DNA from: Phaeosaccion multiseriatum
Taxonomy: Eukaryota > Protista > Ochrophyta, other classes
DNA: 64,000 bases
NCBI GenBank assembly: GCA_965112735.1
Contig: OZ218961.1
Location: forward strand, 2,418,001-2,482,000
Direction: 5' to 3'
Shown here piece by piece: positions 23,503-34,619 of this stretch. Under the pieces are notes generated by a model. It was not told the DNA's origin and searched no databases. It saw nothing but the letters and a program-made list of their open reading frames with translations. Made by a program: the position numbers and the translations under genes. Position 1 is the stretch's first letter; every line of letters starts with the position of its first letter.

Positions 23503-26500
23503 GAGGACGAGGAGGAGGAGGAGGACGAGGAGGACGAGGACGAGGAGGAGGACGAGGAGGAGGAGGAGGAGGAGGAGGAGGAGAGGGGCGAGTAGGAGGA
23601 GGAGGAGGAGGAGGACGAGGAGATATGTGTAGGAGCAGCAGAGCCGGCAACCCGTTTGGCAGAAGCAGCTTGGAGGGTGTGCGGGTGCTGCTGCTCAGTA
23701 CCGATGACCTCGAGCGAGACATGACTCAGAGCCTGCTCCATGCACTAGAGGTTACCACTTCGGCGTTCAAGAGCAGTGCGGAGGTGCTGCAGGCTTTCCC
23801 TCGGGGACAAGGATTGGAGGCCGCTTTTGATCTCGTCCTCGTGCATGTGAGCAGCAGAGGAGAGGAGCAGCGACGAGAGCAAGAAGATGAAAGAGAAGGG
23901 CGGGTGCTGTCTTCTGAGCAGCAGCAGCAGCAGCAGGCTGAGCAGGAGCAGGCGGTGGCCGTTGAAGGAGAGACTGGGCTTTGTAGGCAACTGCGCAGCT
24001 GGGGAGTGAGGAGCATTCCCGTCGTGGCCGCCACTCTCCGGGCAGGGAGGAGGAGGGAGTGGGCCTTCATCACCGACGAGGCCTTCTCTGCCGTGCTGGA
24101 GAAGCCCTACTCCTTGCAGCTGCTCCAGCAGTGCATACGCAAGCAACTTGACTTGGCGAAGGGACAGGGGGCTCCAGTGGCTTTGTTGTCGGTACGTGCT
24201 CCTGCCGCATCCTCGTCTTTGTCCGCGATGGAGAGGGAGGAGGGGCTGCAGTCCGCTGGTGAGGATGATCAAATGGAGAGGGGAAGCATCGATGTGGGCT
24301 TGCAGTCATCCCCCCTTCGTGCTGTGCAGAGGAGCGCTGTAGATGCAGGTTGGGGGGGTGAGTTACTGTATCAGGAGTCGCCTCTGCATTCGCCAGAGCG
24401 GCAGGAGGAGAGGAAGGAGGAAGAGTGGCAGCAGGCGAAGCAGGGGGCAGGGGGCATACCAGCGCAGGGGGGCGGCGTCGGCGGGAGAGGCGGCAAGGGC
24501 TGGGGAAGGCATCGTCTTGTCAGGACCGCCACAAGGGTATGCGGCGTGCTGCTGGGGTTCGTATTCCCCTCCGACGAGGAAGATAGATACTTGGTGTGGC
24601 TTCACTTGCAATCACAAGCCATCATCCCGGTCGTGCTGGTGCTGCTCAACGCCAACGCGTGGTGGCCCTTGGTGTACCAACGGCTCTACAACGGCGGTGC
24701 GAAGTACGACTACCGAGGGAACTTCATTGAAGGGCCGGCCGTGGCCTTCGGGGCCGTGCTCTATCTCTGTGCAAGGTAGGTGGTGGTGTGTGTGTGTGTC
24801 GTTGTGTGTGTGTGCATGTGTGCATGTGTGCATGTGTGCATGTGTGCGTGTGTGCGTGTGTGCATGTGTGCATGTGTGCATGTGTGCATGTGTGCATGTG
24901 TGCATGTGTGCGTGTGTGCGTGTGTGCATGTGTGCATATGTATGTAAGTGTAACCCTCCGCCCCGCCTCCCCCCCCCCCCCCCCAACCTGTTGAACGAAA
25001 ACTAAACCCAACAGATTATTTCTGTCGCCGACGGCGGAGGGAGAGAAGCTCGGGCGGGCCGACAAGCGTTGGCGTCTTCGCCTCTACTTCCTGCGCTGCT
25101 GGAGCTGGAGTCTTGCAAGCGCCTTTATCCTCTCGGCCTGGGGGAATCAGACGTACTATTGCGACTACGACCAGCCCACCTCCGCCGAGTGTTTGAAGGG
25201 GCCCCAGGGGGTGAAATTCATGCTGTATAGTGCCATCGGCTTGTCCATGAACACTCCTTCGTTCCTGGCAGCGGCGTTCGCAAGGGCGTATCTGTCTCAA
25301 GACCTGTACTTCAACTCCACCCGACGGAACGACGCCCCAAACCATGTCAAGTAAGCTTTGGCTTGGAATTCCCCTGTCCCACTCTCACCCTCCACCCCAC
25401 CCACCCCCCCGTTCTCCGCGTCTCTCTCCCCCCCCCCCCCCCTCCTCTTTCTATCTGCCCCACCCATGACCCGCCCTTGTGGCTTGTTGCCGCATCCCCC
25501 CCTCCCCCCCGCCGCTATATCCCATTTCTCTATCCCTATCCCCATATGACTGTGCATATCCTTACTATACTTGCGTGCGTGTGCGACGGTAGGCTCCGCT
25601 ACGCGTATCCCTCCGTGACCTCGTGGGTCCTGTCGGTAATCATCATAGTGGGGTGGGAGTGGCTGCAAAGATCACTCTTCAGGGAGCATGAGGAGCAGCA
25701 GCGGGCCCTTCAGCTTGAAACGGCCGCCACAGAAAGGTAAGTGCGTACGTAGTACAGCAGGGAGCGGACGATTCTATAGCCATTAGACCTCTTCCGATCT
25801 CTAGTGCGTTATATATACCTCTCCTTGCTCCTAACCCTTTCCTAACCCCACACCCAACTCACTCCCATCTTTCGTACGTGCTCGCACCCCCCCCACACCC
25901 TCAGGACGCGTGATGCCGTACAAACAATCTGCCACAAAGTACGCAACCCTCTCCACGCCATCACCACCGCTCTTGGCGCTCTCGCCTCCTGGGCAGAGGA
26001 GAGCAGCGGCACCACCAGGCACACTGCCGCACTGGAGACCAACAGAGGGTCTCAAGAGACCAGTGCGGGTGCCAGTGCGATGGCCCTTGCGGAGGCTGAG
26101 GAGCGGGCCTGCGCCCAGGCGTTTGTATGGGTGGAGCGCGTTCGCATGTCTACCAAGCAGCTGGTGCGTGTGTATGTATGTGTGTATGCATGTGTGCGTG
26201 TTCTCCCCCTCCCTCTCTCCTCCCTCCCTCCTTCAGTCGAAGGATGGACTTGACACCCTCTCCTTCCCACCTCGCCTCCCCAATGCGCCACAACACACTC
26301 ACCCAAAGGTGATGCTAAGTGTAGATGTCCTGGACGCCAAGGCCATTGAGGAAGGGGTGGTGCTTCGGTCGCTGTCAACTGTGTGCCTGAAAGACTTCTT
26401 CGACCGCATTGCGAGTCAGCACTGCGGCATGAACACATCCATCACATTTCAGTGCCACATCGCTGACGATTTGCCCCCGACTTTGATGCTCGACGACAAA

Positions 26501-28223
26501 AGAGTCATGCAGGTGCGTGCGTGCGTGCGTGCGTGGGTGCGTGTGTGTCCAAAACGGTTGGCAGGAGCAGGAGTAGAGAGCAGTAGCAGAGAGCAGTAGC
26601 AATGAGCAGTAGCAGAAGCCAGTAGTACCAGCAGAAGAGCAGCAGCAGTTGGTTGTATGCGCGTATCCGCCAAGTGGGGGATGTTGCGGTAGGCTGCGTG
26701 TGTGTCTGTCTCATTTCCCTTCCCCTCCCCCCGGGGTCACGGAAGATTAGTGTCGAGTGGGGGCCTGTACCCTCTCCGACAGTTTTTAGTGAAGTGAAGT
26801 GCAAGTGCGCCCGCTCCTTTGCTCACTTGATTGCCTCCCCCTCTTTCTCCTTGTTGCTTGTTTGCCTGCTTGGTTGCTTGATTGCTTCCCTTTTGTTGGT
26901 TGCTTGCCTCTTACCGCCACCCTTCACGACCCGACAAGCAGGTGTGCGCCAACGGCATCACCAACGGCGTCAAGGCCATTGCCATCAGGGAGTACCGAAC
27001 CCTCGACCAAGTCTCCCACCCGGCGGCAAGGGGCAGGGGCGGGCAAGAGGGGCAAGAGGCGGCGTTGCCCTTCGATCCGAGTATCACTATCCAAGTGACG
27101 CGCGACAACAGCGGGCAGGGCGAAGGAGGGAGAGAGGCGTCTGAGGCAGGGACAGGGACAGGGGCAGGGGCAGGGGAAGGGACCACTGCTATCGATGTTG
27201 ATGCTTCAACTCACGAGCCTCCTCACAGCGGTGGAGGCCAGAGCGGCAGCAGCAGCAGCAGCAGGAGGAGGAGGAGACGCAGCACCGCTCGTGGTCGTCT
27301 TGCCGCTCCTCCTGCTCCTCGTCCATTTTCTTCTGCTTCTTCGTCTACTTGTACTCCGCCCTTCAGTCTGCGCATTACCATCGTCGACAACGGCACTGGG
27401 TTGGAGGGTGATGACAAGAGCGACAAGGAGGCGGAAGGACAAAAGGGGACTCGCCTCGGCTTTAGTCTCGAAGGTGCTCGCAGATCCCTTCGGTCCCGCC
27501 GCCGCCCGGAAAACGAGTCTACCTCCATGTCCACCGGGGGCGCGGGGCGGGGCCCCTCGTCACTCCACCGTATCTTCCCGCGCACCGCTGCTGCAACCGC
27601 AAGTGTGCGTGGGAGCCCCGCACCAGGCGGAGACCGCCACACGGCGCAAGGCGAGGACCATCCTTCTTCTGACGACAATGGAAATGGGCAGAGCACCATC
27701 ACAGGCGGTGGTGGCGACAGGGGCACAAGCGGGAGGGAGACGGGGACTGACGAGGCGACTGTAAGCAGCGGGAGTGACGGGGCGCAACGGAGAAGGGCAG
27801 GGGGGGGGGGTGGGGGTGGCGGGTCGTCGAGGTCTATTAATGGTGGCAATACGAGCAGTGGCGGCAGTGGTGGAGAGACCCTGAGCAACAGCAGAAGCAG
27901 CAGCAGCAGTAGCAACAACGAGAGCGACAGCGAAGACCAACAGCGCTTGTCCACAAGGACTGCCTCACCACGGTCCTCCGCCGTCCTCCGTAGCTCAGGC
28001 ATCGGCCTGGACATCAGCGAGGCCATGTGTACGGGTATGGGCGGGAAACTGACCCTGCGGAACCGCACGGACGGGCAGAGCGGGGCGGTCTTCTCCTTCA
28101 CGACGGTGGTTCAGACTGCAACTACGATACCAAGGACCACGATCACCGTGACTGAGGAGGAGGAGGAGGAGGAGGAGGAGGAGGAGGAGGAGGAGGAGGG
28201 TGAGAGCAAGAGCAAGAGCAAGA

Positions 28224-28257
<34 letters not shown>

Positions 28258-28992
28258 GGGGGGAGACGGTAGGAGAAGAATAGAAGAGGTGCGCATGGCG
28301 GCGGTGGGGGGGGATGGGGGGCCTTCTCTGGCGGAGCTGCGCGTGCTGTTTGTGGACGATGACCTCCTCAATCACTTCGTAGGGCAGGCCATGCTCGAAG
28401 CCCTTGGGGTGCACAAGGTGAGTTTCAGTTTGTGTATTGTTTGACCCGTCAGTTGCCATCTACCGTGTATATATTTGCGCCTGTCCCCTGACAGTATTGT
28501 TACGAACAGTGGAGTGTTGTGTTGTGATGCTGACAACAAACTGTATTGTTACTAACAGTGGAGTGTTGTGATGTGCTGATGACAAGGTGACCATGCTGGA
28601 GGACGGGAGGGAGGTGCTGCAACACTACCCGGGGCTGCTGTTGGACGAGTTGTTCGATGCGGTGCTCATGGACAATCGGATGCAGTTTAGCACCGGCAGT
28701 GAGATTGCGAGCGAGCTAAGGAGGCGCGAAGGAGGTGTGCGCCTCCCCATCATAGCCATGACGGCGGACGACGGCATGACACAAAGGACGGCAGCGGAGA
28801 ACGGCTTCTCGGCCGTGCTGTCCAAGCCCTTTGAGGTGGAGCAGCTCCGGGACATGCTGTGCAGCCAGTGTCGCATAACCTTAGGAGCATAGAAAGAGAG
28901 GAAAGGAGAGGGATTGAGCAGGAGAGAGGGAGGGGGAGAGAGACACCAAAGCAGAGCTTTGTACATATAGAGAAGATATGATGGGTCAGAAG
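21752..28992. repeat. Right arm of the large inverted duplication
   Basis: Reverse complement of 12387-19545, with scattered substitutions and microsatellite length differences; ends ...ATGGGTCAGAAG before (TA)n. Confidence 0.97.
21828..28892 (+). CDS. Membrane hybrid histidine kinase, copy B, spliced
   Basis: Approximate exons: 21828-22055, 22262-22507, ~22716-24776, ~25015-25350, ~25593-25736, 25905-26163 ([20 protein letters not shown]..., not shown in the ORF track), ~26309-26512, ~26942-28417, 28587-28892. Same motifs as copy A. Confidence 0.88.
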
Positions 28993-29003
28993 AAAAAAAA
29001 GAA

Positions 29004-29008
<5 letters not shown>

Positions 29009-29069
<61 letters not shown>
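29009..29069. repeat. (TA)n microsatellite at the outer edge of the right arm
   Basis: About 30 TA units. A degenerate (TA)n also abuts the left arm at ~12332-12386. Confidence 0.95.
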
Positions 29070-29073
<4 letters not shown>

Positions 29074-29408
29074 AAACATACTGACCCCCCAGCCAGCATG
29101 ACGCCGTGCAGAAGGCACTCGTAACGCTGATGAAGGAAAAGGGCCTTGGCCCTGGCAAGGGCCACCATTGACATACTACACGGGATTCCTCTTCGCTCAT
29201 GGCATGGTGCACCGCCCCTCAGAATCCCGTCAGGGGTCGACTAAGCTACGACTACTTGTTGTGCTGTGCCTGTATACCCCACCCCGGAAGCCCTCGGCCT
29301 CTATCCATCGGGACTGAGCACACCCAATGCCTCGCCAAGTCCTCTCGAGTTAACTCTCCTGATTGGCCTCAACTTGTCTCAGCACCGCTCCTTGCGCCTC
29401 TCCCTCTC

Positions 29409-30118
29409 TCCTCCTCCTCCTCCTCCTCCTCCTCCTCCTCCTCCTCCTCCTCCTCCTCCTCCTCCTCCTCCTCCTCCTCCTCCTCCTCCTCCTCCTCCTC
29501 CTCCTCCTCCTCCTCCTCCTCCTCCTCCTCCTCCTCCTCCTCCTCCTCCTCCTCCTCCTCCTCCTCCTCCTCCTCCTCCTCCTCCTCCTCCTCCTCCTCC
29601 TCCTCCTCCTCCTCCTCCTCCTCCTCCTCCTCCTCCTCCTCCTCCTCCTCCTCCTCCTCCTCCTCCTCCTCCTCCTCCTCCTCCTCCTTCTTCTTCTTCT
29701 TCTTCTTCTTCTTCTTCTTCTTCTTCTTCTTCTTCTTCTTCTTCTTCTTCTTCTTCTTCTTCTTCTTCTTCTTCTTCTTCTTCTTCTTCTTCTTCTTCTT
29801 CTTCTTCTTCTTCTTCTTCTTCTTCTTCTTCTTCTTCTTCTTCTTCTTCTTCTTCTTCTTCTTCTTCTTCTTCTTCTTCTTCTTCTTCTTCTTCTTCTTC
29901 TTCTTCTTCTTCTTCTTCTTCTTCTTCTTCTTCTTCTTCTTCTTCTTCTTCTTCTTCTTCTTCTTCTTCTTCTTCTTCTTCTTCTTCTTCTTCTTCTTCT
30001 TCTTCTTCTTCTTCTTCTTCTTCTTCTTCTTCTTCTTCTTCTTCTTCTTCTTCTTCTTCTTCTTCTTCTTCTTCTTCTTCTTCTTCTTCTTCTTCTTCTT
30101 GACTTCTTCTTCTTCTTC
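29409..30118. repeat. Compound (CCT)~93(CTT)~138 trinucleotide tract
   Basis: Uninterrupted CCT from ~29409 to 29687, then CTT to 30100, one GAC interruption and a few more TTC units. Counts estimated from length. Confidence 0.97.
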
Positions 30119-31069
30119 CTCGCCTCCCACTCCACCTTCACCCTTTCCCCGCTGCGGTAGCGCCTCGGCTTCGTCTTGTTCCCTCTCCGCGTTGAGAGAG
30201 CAGGGGGAGAGGGAGGAGCAGCAGACAGAGGCATGTCACCCACCTGCTGCTGGCCAAACAGATGGAGATGGTCACCGATGGTCATCGGTGGGGGGGGAAA
30301 GGGCCAAGTCAACACCAAGTCCAAAGTCCTTCGACACGGTGCAGCTCACTCGAGCGGGAGGCAGATCACCGTGGAGGCCTCTGGCAAAGCTGAGGCCTTC
30401 CATTTGTTCCCCAGAGGGGGCCCACCCAATCACACCCAACCACACCCAAGGGAGGCCGTAGCGCTGAACTTGGCGGTCGCGGTTTGCGCGCATCATCAGC
30501 AGGGAGGCGGCTGAGGAAAGAGACAAGTGCCCAAGAAGCCCCCCCCCCGCCCCCCGCGCGATGGTCGCGAGGAGGAGGAGGCGTCCATGAGAAGCGAGGA
30601 AGACCCACACAACCCCTCGCTCTGCCACCGCTGCTCATGGACAGGAGGGAGGGCAAGGAGAGGAGTAGCCCCGCCGCCCCCGCGCAGCGAAGAAGAGGAA
30701 GGCGCTCCGTGTGGGGGGTGAGGCTCAGATGAGGAAGCGATTCCGCGATAAAAAAAAGCTTACTCTTATACCGTAGGAACATATACATTAAAAAAAATAT
30801 TTGCCTCTTGCTTCCAAGGCCTCGACATAAAGGAAACATCCCATCCCTCCCACCCCCCGGGGATGAAAAGAACGCCTTGGCTCGTCTTCCATCGTCGCTT
30901 TCATCGTCTCCGGAAGATGCGCGAGCATGGCCCCCTTATGTCTCCTTACGTAATCGCTCATAAAAGGATGGTCTTCTACGGCGTAGTGGGCTTCTACCCG
31001 CTCGCTCCCCTACTCCTCTTGCTTCTGATGACTCACTCCTCTCACTTCTGGCGACTCACACCCACCGCT

Positions 31070-32432
31070 TTACAACATGTCGCGGTCGCCGTTGCTGCCC
31101 TGCGAGTGGCTTGGCCGCTGCCCGCCTTGAAAGAGCCCCTCGGACAGTGCTCCTCCTCGGGGTGAAGACACTGCAAACGCCTCCTCCAGGGCCTCCTCCT
31201 TTTGTTGCACACGCGCAGCACACACACACACATCAACACACACACGTGGGGGAGAGGAGGGACGAAGCAGTGAGCTGAACATGCCTTGCTTGACAAGCCC
31301 CGGAGATGCTTGACATCTGACATGCATTGCTTGACAAGAGACATGCCTTGCTTGACAATGGGACAAAGAGGCTTCTCACACCCTCCCCGCACCCCCACCC
31401 ATTCCCGAGGGTGAGGTGAGGTGAGGTGAGGTGAGGTGAGGTGAGGGACGCATACGTATTTCTCTCACCGCTTTCGCAAAGCCGATGAAGATCTGCTCCA
31501 ACGAGGATTGGTTGACGCTGTAGTCCCAAATGCCGCACTCAGTCTTGGCGCCTTCGATGCTTTCGAACACCGTCGCAAGGCTGGTCCCACGCCTGGCCAC
31601 ACGTACGGAGGGGAGTAACGGAAACGCGCGTGGGTGCGTGCGTGTGGGGTGGGGTGGGTGCATGAGAAAGTCAGCTCCTTCTATACGTCGCAACGTCGTT
31701 CTTGCTCCGTTAACGGAGCCTCCATCATGCATTCACCACGACGGAGCAGACTCAATGGGCCGCCCCCACCCCCAACAAGGGGAAGACGTGGGAAGGAAAT
31801 AAAACGAAAAAGAGGTCCCCTCTCCCCCTCGGCCTCATTTCCACCTCACGATCAGTAGATCGATATGAACACAAAAGAAAAGACAGACAGAAATATATGT
31901 AGAAAAATGATATAAATGGAAGGAAGGAAGGAAGGAAGGGAAGGATTCCCCTCCCCTCCACTCCTCCCCTCCTCCCCTGCCCTCCTTCATTCCACTCACC
32001 CCAGCAGCGAGAACTTGACCATCGTCCGGTGCCTCTCCGTGAGCTCCGCCCCAAGCCCAGCCATGAGGGCGAGCACGGCACTCATTCGCTGCGGGGGACA
32101 GCGCACCTCGATGGTGTAACCGCCGCCGAAGCGGGTTTTGAGGTGCTGGCAGCTGCCAAGACAGCGCATCTTGCCGCTCACCATAATGCCGACTCGGTGA
32201 CACAAGGCCTCGCACTCCTGCGCCGAGTTGGGTAAGGCAAGGGAGAAGGAGGAGGGACCCAATTTTTAATAAGTTAATCGAAAAAAGAGGTACGAGAGAG
32301 AGGCAGGAGAGAGGTTGGATCAGCAAAATGAGGGTTGGGGCTTGTAAGAATGCCTTGCCATCAGTTGCCATCAGTGGAGTATCTTTGGCGCGGTTGAGGT
32401 TGAGGATAGGAAAACACTTGAGGAAATGAATA

Positions 32433-32464
<32 letters not shown>

Positions 32465-34466
32465 CCTTCCCTTCTTCCTTTCCTTTCTTCCTTTCCTTCG
32501 TGCCTTCCATCCCTCCTACCTTCCTTCCTTTCCTTTCTTCCTTCCTCCCTTCCTTTGTTCCTTCCTACCTCCCTCCCTTCCTTCCTTCCTTCCTGCTTGC
32601 CTTTCCTTCCTTCCTTCCTTCCTTCCTTCCTGCCTTTCTTTCCCTCCTTCCTTCCTTCCTTCCTTCCTGCTTGCCTTTCCCTCCTTCCTTCCTTCCTTCC
32701 TTCCTTCCTGCTTGCCTTTCCCTCCTTCCTTCCTTCCTTCCTTCCTTCCTTCCTTCCTTCCTTCCTGCCTGCCTTTCCCTCCTTCCCTACCTCCATTGAA
32801 TGCGTGGTGAGGATGATGCTGCGCGCAGAGGACACTTGCGCGATGACCTGCTTTGCATCAACGGATGGGGAGGGGGACAGAACGGTAAAGAGAGAGGCAA
32901 GGCAGAGCCAGACACACACCCGCCAAGATATATATATATATATGTGTGTGTATATGAGAAGCGAGGAAAGGGCGAGAGAAAGAGAGAGAGTGTGCGTGTG
33001 CGTAGTGTATTTGTGAGGTGACCAACAACGAGTTGCCAAGAAGCGGACTTGGAATGATCCGATTACTTCGAGCTTCGCACCTTCCACATTCTCCGTCTCG
33101 CGGCAGGGTCCATCCCTGAAATTGAGCGTCCAATGAGGGTCCAAGCAGCAGGAGGGACGCAAAGAGCAGGCGGAGAGAGAGAGAGTAGAGATGGAGGAGA
33201 GATTCAGAGAGAGGAGTGGACGGGGAAATGGATGGAAGGGCTGGGAGGGACACAAGGCGGAGCTGACAACACACACAGCCAAGTACAGACTTTATCGCAC
33301 TTTACATACATCGAAGCACATTCATCTCTTCGTGGAAGGAAGTAAGCAAGGCAGGGAGCAGGCCAGCAAGCAAGTAAGACAACAGCCTCAAGAGAGTGCT
33401 TACTCTTGCCCTTGCCCTTGCCCTTGCTCTTGCACTTGCTCTTGCACTGCACCCCTCCCTCCCTTCCCTTCCCCTCCCTCCCTGTACATAAAGTGTATAC
33501 ATACCCGTGGAGGGTTCGTCGAGGAAGAGGACGAGCGGGTTGGCGATGAGGGCTGTCGAGCAGAGAAAAGGGCAGGTAGGCACACGGGGAAGGGCGGAGG
33601 CAGGGAAGCAGAGAGAGAGTGAGTGAGAGAGTGAGTGAGTGGAGGAGCGAGTGAGTGAGTGAGTGAGTGAGTGAGTGAGTGAGTGAGTGAGTAAGTGACT
33701 CAGGTTTGAGTCTCCGAGGGCGAGGGGCGGGGGGAGAAGTACTCCCTGGCGAGATGTCAATTCCCATATACCTGCCACCCGCAAACGTGAGTGAACGAAC
33801 GAACGACGCAGCGCCTTTGCTCGTGTCGAAAGGCTTTCTTCCTCTGCCTACCAAGGGGCACTTTCAAGAAAATGACGTCAAATCTCTGCAAGTCAAGTTC
33901 TCCATTGTTCCTGCTGTGAAACGGAACTCACTCACCGATGGCCAGCGAAAGCGCCCTCTTCTGTCCTCCCGAGTACGTGCCCGCCATTCGGTCGGCGCTG
34001 TCTGTGAGGCCCACCATGTGCAGCAGTGCCGCCACCGGATCATCCTGCCCTGCACCTGCTCCACGTCCCTCCTGTGAGTCAAGACCCTCACCACTGCCTT
34101 CTTCCTCATCTTCGTCGTCGTCTTCTCCTGCTGCTGTATCCCCAACCGCTGTAGCTCCCACTGCTATCCATGACCCTGCCATACGCCGCCGCCGTCGCAC
34201 CACCTCGGCCCAGGAAAAGCGGCCTCTCTTCCGCTGCTGTATCACCACCCCGCGCAGTCCACCGTAGAAGTCTAGGGTCTCTCTGCCCGTCATCCAGTCG
34301 AGAAGAGGATCGCTCTGTGGGCAGAAGCCGATCATCTTGTTCACCTCCACTGAGGCGATGGGGCGGCCTCCAATGAGGATCTGTCCGCTCGTGGGTGAGA
34401 GGTCTTTCGTGAGAACCTTTGTTGGGGTCGGCGTTGTGGTTGTGGTTGTGGTTGTGGTTGTGGTCG

Positions 34467-34497
<31 letters not shown>

Positions 34498-34506
34498 GGT
34501 TGTTGG

Positions 34507-34540
<34 letters not shown>

Positions 34541-34588
34541 GGTTGTGGTGGTGGTGACCGTTGTGTAATCCATTTGCACATGCGAAAC

Positions 34589-34619
<31 letters not shown>

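Noticed and set aside
12487-28892. Bacterial contamination or recent horizontal transfer of the two-component genes
   Set aside because: They have spliceosomal introns, host-type microsatellites and the host TTGGTGATAC word.
12387-28992. Palindrome as a fold-back read chimera
   Set aside because: The arms differ by many substitutions and in-frame indels and enclose a unique spacer. Haplotype misassembly is still not excluded.
29199-30461. Long ORFs of poly-S/F, poly-P, poly-L, poly-R and poly-K/E
   Set aside because: Artefacts of the stop-free trinucleotide tract; no domain content.
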